64,000 nucleotides of DNA from Anaerolineales bacterium. GTDB taxonomy: Bacteria > Chloroflexota > Anaerolineae > Anaerolineales > Villigracilaceae. This document shows positions 25,863-34,403 of this stretch, in pieces. The notes beneath the pieces are model-generated. The model had not been told where the DNA came from. It searched no databases and saw only the letters and a program-made list of their open reading frames with translations. The translations under genes and the position numbers were made by a program. The DNA is taken from NCBI GenBank assembly GCA_030680795.1, contig JAUXUL010000036.1, forward strand, positions 16,766 through 80,765. The letters are read 5' to 3'. Every line of letters starts with the position of its first letter. Positions within the stretch are counted from its first letter, which is position 1.

Positions 25863-26708
25863 ATGACCGAACTCACAAAACACGAACCCGCCACCATTTA
25901 CATCAAACCATCCAAAGGTCTTGCGGCGTTAAACCTGCGCGACTTGTGGGTCTACCGTGAATTGATCTTTTTCATGGTCTGGCGCGATGTAAAGGTGAAA
26001 TATAAACAAACCCTTTTGGGCATGGCATGGGCTGTGATCCAGCCTGTGATGACCATGCTGGTTTTCACTTTCCTTTTTGACAAAGTGGCCAAACTCCCAA
26101 CTGATGGGATTCCCTATCCAGTCTTTTCATTCACAGCCTTGCTGCCGTGGGGACTCTTCGTCACAGCCCTCAATCAGGGTAGTCGTTCGCTCGTGGCGCA
26201 CAACAACATGGTGACGAAGATCTACTTCCCGCGCCTGATCCTGCCCATGGCCTCGGTCTTTGCAGGGCTGGTGGATTTTGCGATTGCGTTCGTTATTTTG
26301 ATCGGTTTGATGTTCTACTATCAAGTGACGCCCGCGTGGAATATATTTTGGACTCTCCCGCTATTCCTTCTGTTGGCGATCATCACAGCCCTGGGCGTGG
26401 CGCTTTGGCTTTCAGCGGTCAACGTGAAATACCGTGACGTGAATCAAGCCCTCCCGTTTCTGACTCAATTTTGGCTGTTTGCTACGCCTGTGGCATATTC
26501 TTCCTCGGTCATTTCTGAAAAATGGCAGATCTTGTATTCCCTTAACCCAATGGCAGGCGTGGTCAACGGATTCCGTTGGGCTTTGCTCGGCTCCGGTAAT
26601 GGACCAGACATCACTCTGTGGGTTTCAGCCACCATTTCCATTTTGATATTAATTTCCGGTCTTTTCTATTTTAGAAGTATGGAAAAAACCTTTGCGGATA
26701 CTATTTAG
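25863..26708 (+). CDS. wzm: ABC-2 type polysaccharide export permease
   Basis: ORF 25665-26708. ATG 25863 follows the hairpin. YRELIFFMVWRDVKVKYKQTLLGMAWAVIQP; 6 hydrophobic segments. Confidence 0.9.
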   Translation: MTELTKHEPATIYIKPSKGLAALNLRDLWVYRELIFFMVWRDVKVKYKQTLLGMAWAVIQPVMTMLVFTFLFDKVAKLPTDGIPYPVFSFTALLPWGLFVTALNQGSRSLVAHNNMVTKIYFPRLILPMASVFAGLVDFAIAFVILIGLMFYYQVTPAWNIFWTLPLFLLLAIITALGVALWLSAVNVKYRDVNQALPFLTQFWLFATPVAYSSSVISEKWQILYSLNPMAGVVNGFRWALLGSGNGPDITLWVSATISILILISGLFYFRSMEKTFADTI

Positions 26709-26770
26709 AGAGTAGAGAATAGATGATTGGAGAGTAGTTATCCTTCACTGTTCTCTAATCTCTACTCTCT
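26707..26770. repeat. Intercistronic hairpin between wzm and wzt
   Basis: 12-bp perfect inverted repeat AGAGAGTAGAGA (26707-26718) / TCTCTACTCTCT (26759-26770). Confidence 0.7.
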
Positions 26771-26784
26771 TTATGAGAATATAA

Positions 26785-28074
26785 ATGACCATTGCGATAA
26801 ACGTAAAAAACCTCGGCAAGCAATACAAGATCGGCGCGGCGGAAACGAAGTTCCGCTATAACATGCTGCGCGACGTGCTCATGGATACGTTCTACGCGCC
26901 TGTGCGAATCGCAAAGGCTATGATAGGGAAGTCTGACCGCAGAAGCAATCAGAATTTTGTTTGGGCGTTGAAGGATGTTTCCTTTGATCTCGAAGAAGGC
27001 AGAGTCCTCGGCATTGTGGGACGTAATGGCGCGGGCAAAAGCACCCTGCTCAAAATTCTTTCCCGTGTCACCGAGCCGACTGTTGGTACAGTTTCCGTGC
27101 GTGGACGGGTTGGTTCGCTCCTCGAAGTGGGTACAGGTTTTCACCCCGAACTGACAGGTCGCGAAAACATTTACATGAACGGTGCCATCCTCGGCATGAG
27201 GCGCGCCGAGATTGATTCGAAATTTGATGAGATTGTTGATTTCTCTGAAGTCACTCAATTCATTGATACGCCTGTCAAACGTTATTCTTCAGGTATGTAT
27301 CTTCGTCTTGCATTTGCAGTCGCCGCACATCTCGAACCTGAAATCCTTGTCGTGGATGAAGTGCTTGCTGTGGGTGATGCAGAATTTCAACGCAAATGTC
27401 TCGGCAAAATGGGTGACGTGGCGCAGCAAGGCCGCACGATTTTGTTCGTCAGCCATAATATGTCCGCAATTATGCGATTGACCCAGGAAACCATCGTTTT
27501 GAACAAAGGACAATTGCTCATGCGTGGGCCAACGCAGGAAGCCGTTGATTTTTATCTTTCATCAGGGCAGGCGCAGGCAGGCGAGCGGGTTTGGGATGTG
27601 AAAGATGTCCCAGCTTCGAGCGCCCCATTTAGGCCGATCAGTTTGAAGGTCAAGAATGGAAGCGGCAAGGTCGTGGATACAGTCCGCTCCACAGAACCAG
27701 TCACCGTCGAATTTGAATATCAGCTCGATGCGCCTGTCACAGGTCTGCGTGTTGGTTTTTATCTCAGCACCATGCGTGGCGAATATGTGCTTGCTTCTTT
27801 CGATACCGATGAGCCGAACCTCTTTGAAAAATTTGATTCACGCAAGTCGGGTCGCTACATCAGCCGCGCAGAAATTCCCGCCGACATTTTCAACGAAGGC
27901 CGTTACAGCATTGGCGTGAACGCGAGTTCGTTTGGCGTGCGCCGTTATTTTATGGATGAAAACGCAATTGCATTCAACGTGGATATTTCTGGCGCGCCTG
28001 GTACACATTGGCCCGAGCCGCGTGTCGGTCCCGTTCGCCCGCGCTTGAATTGGAAGATCGAGAAATTGGATTAG
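26785..28074 (+). CDS. wzt: ABC polysaccharide export ATPase with about 180-aa C-terminal extension (Wzt_C-like)
   Basis: Walker A GRNGAGKST, signature YSSGM, Walker B ILVVDE. A beta-rich C-terminal domain follows from about residue 250. Confidence 0.9.
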   Translation: MTIAINVKNLGKQYKIGAAETKFRYNMLRDVLMDTFYAPVRIAKAMIGKSDRRSNQNFVWALKDVSFDLEEGRVLGIVGRNGAGKSTLLKILSRVTEPTVGTVSVRGRVGSLLEVGTGFHPELTGRENIYMNGAILGMRRAEIDSKFDEIVDFSEVTQFIDTPVKRYSSGMYLRLAFAVAAHLEPEILVVDEVLAVGDAEFQRKCLGKMGDVAQQGRTILFVSHNMSAIMRLTQETIVLNKGQLLMRGPTQEAVDFYLSSGQAQAGERVWDVKDVPASSAPFRPISLKVKNGSGKVVDTVRSTEPVTVEFEYQLDAPVTGLRVGFYLSTMRGEYVLASFDTDEPNLFEKFDSRKSGRYISRAEIPADIFNEGRYSIGVNASSFGVRRYFMDENAIAFNVDISGAPGTHWPEPRVGPVRPRLNWKIEKLD

Positions 28075-28109
28075 TAGTCACGCTGCAAGCGTGGCCTACG
28101 GGAATATAG

Positions 28110-29750
28110 ATGTCAAACAAAAACACCCTCCGCGATATTCTTGGCGACCTGCCTTTCACAGCTGAAATTGACTGGATGCTTCGGCATGCGGGGCGGAATC
28201 GTCCGCGCAAAGATCATTTCAATTTGGATCGTTTGCAAAAGTCTTTGCCTGCGGCGCGTGCGGTCGTTGAGCCATTTGCAAAGAACGCGAAACACGGCAA
28301 GAATGTTTTATTCTTTGCCACGCTTCATTATTGGATCGAACAATCCGCATTTCTTGGATTGGCACTCGCCGGACTTGGACACAAGGTCACTTTATTGACA
28401 TTGCCCTATTCCGAGTGGCACAAGCAAAAGGATAACTTCACACAACGACAACGCACCCTTCACACAAGGGATGCCCTTTCGACATTATTCCCCTTAATTG
28501 AACACGCATCTCTTCTTGACCCATCGACACGCTTCGCGTCAGGGAGGCGCCTCAAGCCTGCTACTGTTCTCCCGGAGAGAATCCAGGCTGACGTAAAAGA
28601 GATCTCGCTCTGGGATGTACAATACACCCTGATGCGTGAAGAAGTGGACATGAACAATGCCTGTGACCGTGCGCTGTATGACTTGCGAATTCAGCGAAAC
28701 ACATCCGCCGCCAAAGCTGCACTCGAATGGATGCAAACGAAAAACCCCGATGTTGTTTTAGTTCCAAATGGTCTTATTCTTGAAATGGGCATTGTCTTCC
28801 GTGTGGCGCGTTATTTGAAGATTGACGCAGTCACCTACGAATTCAACGACCAGCGCGAACAGATCTGGCTGGCGCAAAATTCATCCATCATGCAGCAGGA
28901 TACGGATTATCTTGTTGAAGCGCGCTGCCATCTCCCAATGACCGATGAAATGTTCGAGCGCGTGGCTGAATTGGAAAATGCCCGCCGTGGCGCTCGCGTG
29001 TGGGGTAAATCAAAACGACTGTGGCAATATGTCTCATCGCAAGGCGCGCAAGAGACTCGTAAAATGCTCAAGTTGGATGACCGGCCCGTGGTCATGCTCG
29101 CCGCGAATGTTCTGGGCGACAGCCTCACCCTCGGGCGTGACATCTTCGCCGCCTCGATGACCGAATGGATCACGAAAACTGTCCGGTTTTTTGCAAACAG
29201 GCCCGATGTCCAAATGGTGATCCGCGTTCATCCTGGCGAAAAACTTGTCCCGCAGGCCAAGTCCATGGGGATGGTTGTGGGCGAAGCCCTACCTGAAATC
29301 CCCAGCCATATTCATGTGATTGGCGCGTTGGATAACATTAACACCTACGACTTGATAGAAATCGCCGATGTTGGTTTGGCTTACACCACCACAGTTGGAC
29401 TCGAAACAGCCATGAACGGCCGTCCCGTCATTTCCTGCGGACAAACCCACTATCGCGGGCGCGGCTTTACCCTCGACCCAAATTCATGGGACGAATACTA
29501 CGAGACACTTGAAAAGGTTTTGGCGGATATCCCTGCTCATAAATTGAACGAGAAACAAACCGAGTTTGCATGGAATTACGCCTATCGTTTCTTCTTCGAA
29601 TACCCGCGTCCCTTCCCGTGGCGCTTGATGAATTTCTGGGATGACTTGGAAACATGGCCTTTGGAGAAAGTTTTGAGCGAAGAAGGCCAAAAATTATTTG
29701 GCGATACGTTTGGCTTTTTGGTGAATGAACCGTTCAAATGGAAAAACTAA
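28110..29750 (+). CDS. KpsC/KpsS-like capsule-biosynthesis (Capsule_synth-type) GT-B protein, paralog 1
   Basis: 546 aa. VIRVHPGE and YTTTVGLETAMNGRPVISCGQTHYRGRGFT resemble the Capsule_synth C-terminal signature. Clear paralog of 58322-60025. Confidence 0.6.
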   Translation: MSNKNTLRDILGDLPFTAEIDWMLRHAGRNRPRKDHFNLDRLQKSLPAARAVVEPFAKNAKHGKNVLFFATLHYWIEQSAFLGLALAGLGHKVTLLTLPYSEWHKQKDNFTQRQRTLHTRDALSTLFPLIEHASLLDPSTRFASGRRLKPATVLPERIQADVKEISLWDVQYTLMREEVDMNNACDRALYDLRIQRNTSAAKAALEWMQTKNPDVVLVPNGLILEMGIVFRVARYLKIDAVTYEFNDQREQIWLAQNSSIMQQDTDYLVEARCHLPMTDEMFERVAELENARRGARVWGKSKRLWQYVSSQGAQETRKMLKLDDRPVVMLAANVLGDSLTLGRDIFAASMTEWITKTVRFFANRPDVQMVIRVHPGEKLVPQAKSMGMVVGEALPEIPSHIHVIGALDNINTYDLIEIADVGLAYTTTVGLETAMNGRPVISCGQTHYRGRGFTLDPNSWDEYYETLEKVLADIPAHKLNEKQTEFAWNYAYRFFFEYPRPFPWRLMNFWDDLETWPLEKVLSEEGQKLFGDTFGFLVNEPFKWKN

Positions 29751-29755
29751 GGAAT

Positions 29756-29829
29756 GTCATCCTGAGCGGAGCGAAGGATCTCTGACACGACGAAAAGACT
29801 CTTCGGCCGCTCTGCTTCCTCAGAGTGAC
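29756..29829. repeat. Palindromic element family B, complete copy
   Basis: GTCATCCTGAGCGGAGCGAAGGATCTCTGA...CCTCAGAGTGAC, with terminal inverted repeats. Confidence 0.7.
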
Positions 29830-29840
29830 ACAAAAACAAT

Positions 29841-30659
29841 ATGACCGACACAAAACAAAAAGTCCGCGAATTTTATGACGAGATCGGCTGGCAGCAGGAA
29901 GATGACGGGTACTATCAAAACGCCCGCTACGAAGACCTGCGCCCTGTTTCGCGCGAATACATCCACAAGACCCGCCTGCGTGTGATGAGTGGACTCATCC
30001 CAACCGGCAGGTTTATTTTGGATGCGGGTTCTGGTCCCGTGCAATATGAGGAATACAAAGTCTATTCGCAGGGATACAAAAAGCGCATTTGTTTGGATAT
30101 TTCCATTCAAGCTTTGCGTGAAGCGCGTGAGAGAATCGGTGAGCATGGATTATTTGTAGTAGGTGACCTTGCAAATCTGCCTTTCAAGCAGGAGTCCTTT
30201 GATGGCGTGGTTTCGATGCACGCCATCCATCACCTCGCGTTGACCGAACATCCGCGCGCGTACAGTGAAATCCACCGTGTGCTGGCAAATGGGCGGACTG
30301 CCGCCATCGTCAACGGCTGGCATGAACCTTTCTTGAGCCGCTTGGCAGAGCCGTTGATCGGTCTCATGCGCAAATTATCGGGTCGTGCTGAGAAGAAGAA
30401 AAAAGAATGGTTAACCGAAGAAGATGCCACAGGCACATTCGTCCAAAAGATGACCCCCGAATGGCTCAAGCGCGAAATTGGCTCGAAGATGAAGATAGAG
30501 ATCAAACCCTGGCGCAGTATGAGCACCCGCATCTTGAGGTGGTTTGTCCGTCCGTTTGGTGGAAAGGTGCTCTTGAAATTTGTATTTTGGCTTGAAGGTA
30601 TATTCCCGAAGTTCTTTGCCGAGAATGGGCAGTATCCTTTAATTGTTATTAAGAAGTAG
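29841..30659 (+). CDS. Class I SAM-dependent methyltransferase (Methyltransf_11-like)
   Basis: 272 aa. ILDAGSGPVQY and FDGVVSMHAIHHL. Confidence 0.7.
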   Translation: MTDTKQKVREFYDEIGWQQEDDGYYQNARYEDLRPVSREYIHKTRLRVMSGLIPTGRFILDAGSGPVQYEEYKVYSQGYKKRICLDISIQALREARERIGEHGLFVVGDLANLPFKQESFDGVVSMHAIHHLALTEHPRAYSEIHRVLANGRTAAIVNGWHEPFLSRLAEPLIGLMRKLSGRAEKKKKEWLTEEDATGTFVQKMTPEWLKREIGSKMKIEIKPWRSMSTRILRWFVRPFGGKVLLKFVFWLEGIFPKFFAENGQYPLIVIKK

Positions 30660-30716
30660 AGACTAGAGACTTGTGACGAATCACTAGTCTCCAATCACTA
30701 GTCACTGGAGAAAACT

Positions 30717-31727
30717 ATGAACTGGAAAAATCAAATCGTACTCGTCACTGGCGGAACGGGATCGTTTGGCAAAAAATTCATCAAAATTTTGCTTGAGGAA
30801 AAACAGCCGAAGAAAGTCATTATCTTCAGCCGTGATGAATTGAAGCAGCACGAAATGCAGGTCGGTGGATACAACCAGGAAAACCTGCGTTATTTCATCG
30901 GCGACATTCGTGACCGTGAGCGCCTCGTGCGCGCCATGCATGGTGTGGATATTGTTGTGCATGCGGCGGCGCTTAAGCAGGTCCCTGCTTGTGAATATAA
31001 TCCGATGGAAGCCATCAAGACCAACATCATGGGCACAGCCAATGTTGTTGAAGCGGCTCTCGATGCGGGCGTCAAAAAAGTGATGACCATCAGCACCGAT
31101 AAAGCCGTCAGCCCCGCGAATCTTTATGGCGCAACCAAACTTGCCGCAGAGAAGTTGACCATTCAAAGCAACGCGTATGCCGGGGGTTCAGCAACCAGAT
31201 TTTCATGCGTCCGATACGGGAACGTCGTCGGCTCGCGCGGTTCGGTGGTTCCGCTTTTTTTGAATCAGCGTACGAACGGAAAGATCACCATCACAGATGA
31301 CCGCATGACCCGCTTCTGGCTTTCGCTTGAGCAGGGTGTCCGTTTTGTAACCACCTGCATCGAACAAATGGAAGGCGGCGAAGTTTTTGTTCCCAAGATC
31401 CCCAGCACAAAAGTTGTTGACCTGGCCAGAGCCATTGCGCCGAAGGCTGAGATAAACATCATCGGGATTCGCCCCGGCGAAAAATTGCATGAGATGCTCA
31501 TCTCGGAAGATGAAGCGCGCCACACAATTGAACTCGATAAAATGTTTGTTGTGCAGCCTGCCGAAGCCACATGGTTTGGTTATTCATGGCAATCCAAAGG
31601 CAAATCTTTAAAAGAAGGTTATTACTATTCCAGCGATAATAATTCAGAGTGGCTCGATGTTGAAGGAATTAAAAAATATATTGCGCCGTTTGATGAAATG
31701 TTCACGCAAGGCCAACTCGAAGGATGA
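30717..31727 (+). CDS. pseB: UDP-N-acetylglucosamine 4,6-dehydratase, PseB/FlaA1 type
   Basis: 336 aa. Recalled colinearity with H. pylori FlaA1: LVTGGTGSFGK, SRDELKQ, HAAALKQVP, TNIMGT, STDKAV.PANLYGATK, RYGNVVGSRGSVVP, MTRFW, GGE.FVPKIPS, GIRPGEKLHE. Confidence 0.8.
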   Translation: MNWKNQIVLVTGGTGSFGKKFIKILLEEKQPKKVIIFSRDELKQHEMQVGGYNQENLRYFIGDIRDRERLVRAMHGVDIVVHAAALKQVPACEYNPMEAIKTNIMGTANVVEAALDAGVKKVMTISTDKAVSPANLYGATKLAAEKLTIQSNAYAGGSATRFSCVRYGNVVGSRGSVVPLFLNQRTNGKITITDDRMTRFWLSLEQGVRFVTTCIEQMEGGEVFVPKIPSTKVVDLARAIAPKAEINIIGIRPGEKLHEMLISEDEARHTIELDKMFVVQPAEATWFGYSWQSKGKSLKEGYYYSSDNNSEWLDVEGIKKYIAPFDEMFTQGQLEG

Positions 31728-31835
31728 GAAGGTCAGCATGTATATAAGTACACATGTACAAAGTTTGACCGCATGTTTTCATGTATACGTGTTTACCTGT
31801 AACCATTTCAGCGCATTTATCCCGTGAGCATAATC

Positions 31836-32753
31836 ATGAAAATACTCGTCACAGGTGTCAGCGGCTTACTTGGCATCAACCTCGCGCAAGAGTCAATGAA
31901 TGCACATGATATTGTCGGCGTGGATCGCGGCACACTGGTCAACGCGCCCTTTAAAATCTTGAAGGCGGATTTGCTGGACTCTGGCGCAGTGGACTCCATT
32001 CTCGACTCTGTCCAGCCTGAATGGCTGATCAACTGCGCGGCTCTCGCGGACCTCGAGGACTGTGAGGACAACCGAGAGCTTGCCCGCCGCCTCAACATTG
32101 ACCTGCCCGCTCAAATGGCAAAGGCTTGCAAAGCGCGGAATATTTCATTCGTCCACATTTCAACCGACGCAGTTTTCGACGGCGAAAAAGATGGTTTCTA
32201 CACAGAAGAAGATACGCCCCATCCGCTTGGAGTGTATTCGCAAACCAAGCTGGCAGGGGAGCAGGCAGTTTTAGCTGAAAACCAAAAAGCAATCGTAGCG
32301 CGTGTCAATTTCTACGGTTGGAGTTTAAGCGGCAAGCGCAGCCTCGCCGAATTTTTCTTAAACAATCTTACCAATCACAAAAGCATAAGTGGTTTCTCAG
32401 ATATTATCTTCTGTCCAATGTTGGTGAACGCCACGGCTCGTACTTTGATTAAAATGCTGCAGCGCGGCTTTAGAGGTCTCTATCATCTCGTGGGACCGCA
32501 AGCCATGAGTAAGTATCAATTTGGCGTGGAGGTCGCCCGTAAATTCAGTTTGCGGGAAGGTGGAATTTTGCCAAAATCCATTCATGCCTCCAGCCTCAGC
32601 GCCCGTCGTTCCAACAATTTATGGCTTTCAACCCACAAGTTATCCACAGACTTGGGTGAGGTTATGCCTCCGTTCTCCACAGGTTTAGACGAGTTTTATA
32701 GACAATACCAGCAGGGTTACCCACAGAAAATCCGCAGTTATCAACAAAAGTAG
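31836..32753 (+). CDS. RmlD-like sugar-nucleotide 4-reductase (dTDP-4-dehydrorhamnose reductase family)
   Basis: ORF 31824-32753. MKILVTGVSGLLG, VHISTDAVFDG, YSQTKLAGE. Confidence 0.65.
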   Translation: MKILVTGVSGLLGINLAQESMNAHDIVGVDRGTLVNAPFKILKADLLDSGAVDSILDSVQPEWLINCAALADLEDCEDNRELARRLNIDLPAQMAKACKARNISFVHISTDAVFDGEKDGFYTEEDTPHPLGVYSQTKLAGEQAVLAENQKAIVARVNFYGWSLSGKRSLAEFFLNNLTNHKSISGFSDIIFCPMLVNATARTLIKMLQRGFRGLYHLVGPQAMSKYQFGVEVARKFSLREGGILPKSIHASSLSARRSNNLWLSTHKLSTDLGEVMPPFSTGLDEFYRQYQQGYPQKIRSYQQK

Positions 32754-32834
32754 GTCAAATTGCCAATTTGCCCTACCAGAGTTGTCCACAGGAAGACCCG
32801 AGTTATCCACAGGTTCCACCCACCTTTATCCACA
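32640..32834 (+). promoter_or_regulatory. Array of seven same-orientation DnaA-box-like 9-mers
   Basis: Perfect TTATCCACA at 32640, 32803 and 32826. One-mismatch boxes at 32673 (TTCTCCACA), 32717 (TTACCCACA), 32738 (TTATCAACA) and 32782 (TTGTCCACA). Six of seven are followed by G. Confidence 0.55.
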
Positions 32835-32848
32835 GAAACGGAGGATTT

Positions 32849-33919
32849 ATGGAAATTAAATTCGGAAAACACACAATTGGATTAAATCACCCTACTTATT
32901 TCATTGCAGATATCGCCGCCAACCACGACGGCAACCTGGATCGTGCCAAAGAACTGATCCGTCTTGCCAAAGAAGCAGGCGCGGACGCAGCCAAGTTTCA
33001 GAATTTCGACGCCCCAAAGATCGTCTCGGATTACGGCTTTAAGGCGATGAATGGCGGACAGGTTTCACATCAAGCCGCTTGGAAGAAATCGGTGTTTGAA
33101 GTTTACAAAGGCGCCTCGATTCCGTTTGACTGGTCGATGACCCTTGTTGAGGAATGTAATGAAGTGGGCATAGACTATTTCTCATCTCCGTATGATTTTG
33201 AAGCCATTGATTTTCTCGATCAATATGTGGAAGTCTACAAGGCTGGCTCCGGCGAAATTGACTGGATCGAAGCCCTGGAACGCATGGCGAGTAAGGGCAA
33301 ACCGTTTTTCGTTGCCACTGGCGCATCAACAATTGGTGAAGTGCAAAAAGCAGTTCATGCCATCTTGAAAATTAACAAACAACTGGTTTTGATGCAGTGC
33401 AATACTAACTACACTGCCCGCCTGAATAATTACGATCATCTCCATGTGAATGTTTTGAAAACCTATGCGACGATGTTTCCCGATGTGATTCTGGGACTGT
33501 CAGACCATACGCATTCGGTTGCGCCTGTCCTCGGCGCGGTGACCTTGGGCGCACGCGTGATCGAACGTCACTTCACGGATAGCAATGACCGCGAAGGTCC
33601 CGATCACAAGTTTGCGATGAACCCTCAGAATTGGGCAAAGATGGTCGAAGAGACTCGTTTGTTGGAGCGTTCGCTTGGAAGCCCCGATAAATTCATCGCA
33701 GAGAATGAACAGGATACACAAATTGTGCAGCGTCGTTGTCTGCGTGCCGCGCGCGATATCAAAGCTGGCGAGACATTTACCCGTGACATGATCGACGTGC
33801 TACGACCCGCCACACCTGGCGCGATCAAGCCTGACCAGATTGAGGATGTCACGGGAACAAAAGCGTTGGCAGATATGCCTCTCGGCAAGGAATTGCGCTG
33901 GACGGATTTAGGAGAGTAA
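32849..33919 (+). CDS. NeuB/PseI/LegI-family nonulosonic acid synthase with C-terminal SAF domain
   Basis: GGAGGA precedes ATG 32849. YFIADIAANHDGNLDRAKELIRLAKEAGADAAKFQ, GLSDHT, ERHFT. SAF-like C-terminus ARDIKAGETFTRDMI. Confidence 0.8.
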   Translation: MEIKFGKHTIGLNHPTYFIADIAANHDGNLDRAKELIRLAKEAGADAAKFQNFDAPKIVSDYGFKAMNGGQVSHQAAWKKSVFEVYKGASIPFDWSMTLVEECNEVGIDYFSSPYDFEAIDFLDQYVEVYKAGSGEIDWIEALERMASKGKPFFVATGASTIGEVQKAVHAILKINKQLVLMQCNTNYTARLNNYDHLHVNVLKTYATMFPDVILGLSDHTHSVAPVLGAVTLGARVIERHFTDSNDREGPDHKFAMNPQNWAKMVEETRLLERSLGSPDKFIAENEQDTQIVQRRCLRAARDIKAGETFTRDMIDVLRPATPGAIKPDQIEDVTGTKALADMPLGKELRWTDLGE

Positions 33920-33973
33920 GTTCCAAGTGCGGTGTTTCAAGTTTCATGTTCAAAAAGCCCAAAGGAGAACGAA

Positions 33974-34378
33974 ATGACAGCAGTGACGAGGTTTGAGGAG
34001 CTGATTGCATGGCAGGAAGCGCGGAAGCTAGTGCAACTGGCTTATCAGGTCACATCGGATGGATCCTTTGCAAAAGATTTTGAGATGAGAGACCAGCTTC
34101 GAGGAGCGGCGTTATCTTCAATGACGAACATTGCGGAAGGCTTCGACAATGAATCATCCATCGAGTTTGCCCGTTTTCTCGGCATGGCTCGTCGTTCTGC
34201 CGTGGAAGTGCAATCCTTGTGTTACGCCGCCCTGGATGTCAAACACATCACTGATGATGTTTTTCAAACTTGTTACGATCAGGCGAAAAAGACCCAAGCC
34301 ATCATCGGCGGATTGAAAAAAGCCGTTCTGAAAAATCCCCGTCGCCCTGCAAAACCTTTAACTGCTTCCAAAACTTGA
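33974..34378 (+). CDS. Four-helix-bundle protein (23S rRNA intervening-sequence protein family)
   Basis: FEELIAWQEARKLV...RDQLRGAALSSMTNIAEGF...EFARFLGMARRSAVEVQS. Confidence 0.75.
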   Translation: MTAVTRFEELIAWQEARKLVQLAYQVTSDGSFAKDFEMRDQLRGAALSSMTNIAEGFDNESSIEFARFLGMARRSAVEVQSLCYAALDVKHITDDVFQTCYDQAKKTQAIIGGLKKAVLKNPRRPAKPLTASKT

Positions 34379-34403
34379 AACCTGAAACCTGGAACGTGGA
34401 ACT

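Noticed and set aside
32640-32834. The DnaA-box array as the chromosomal replication origin.
   Set aside because: There is no dnaA, dnaN or other origin-linked gene nearby and no obvious AT-rich unwinding element. The array sits inside a co-directional operon and partly inside a coding sequence. It is kept as a DnaA-box cluster finding, not as oriC.
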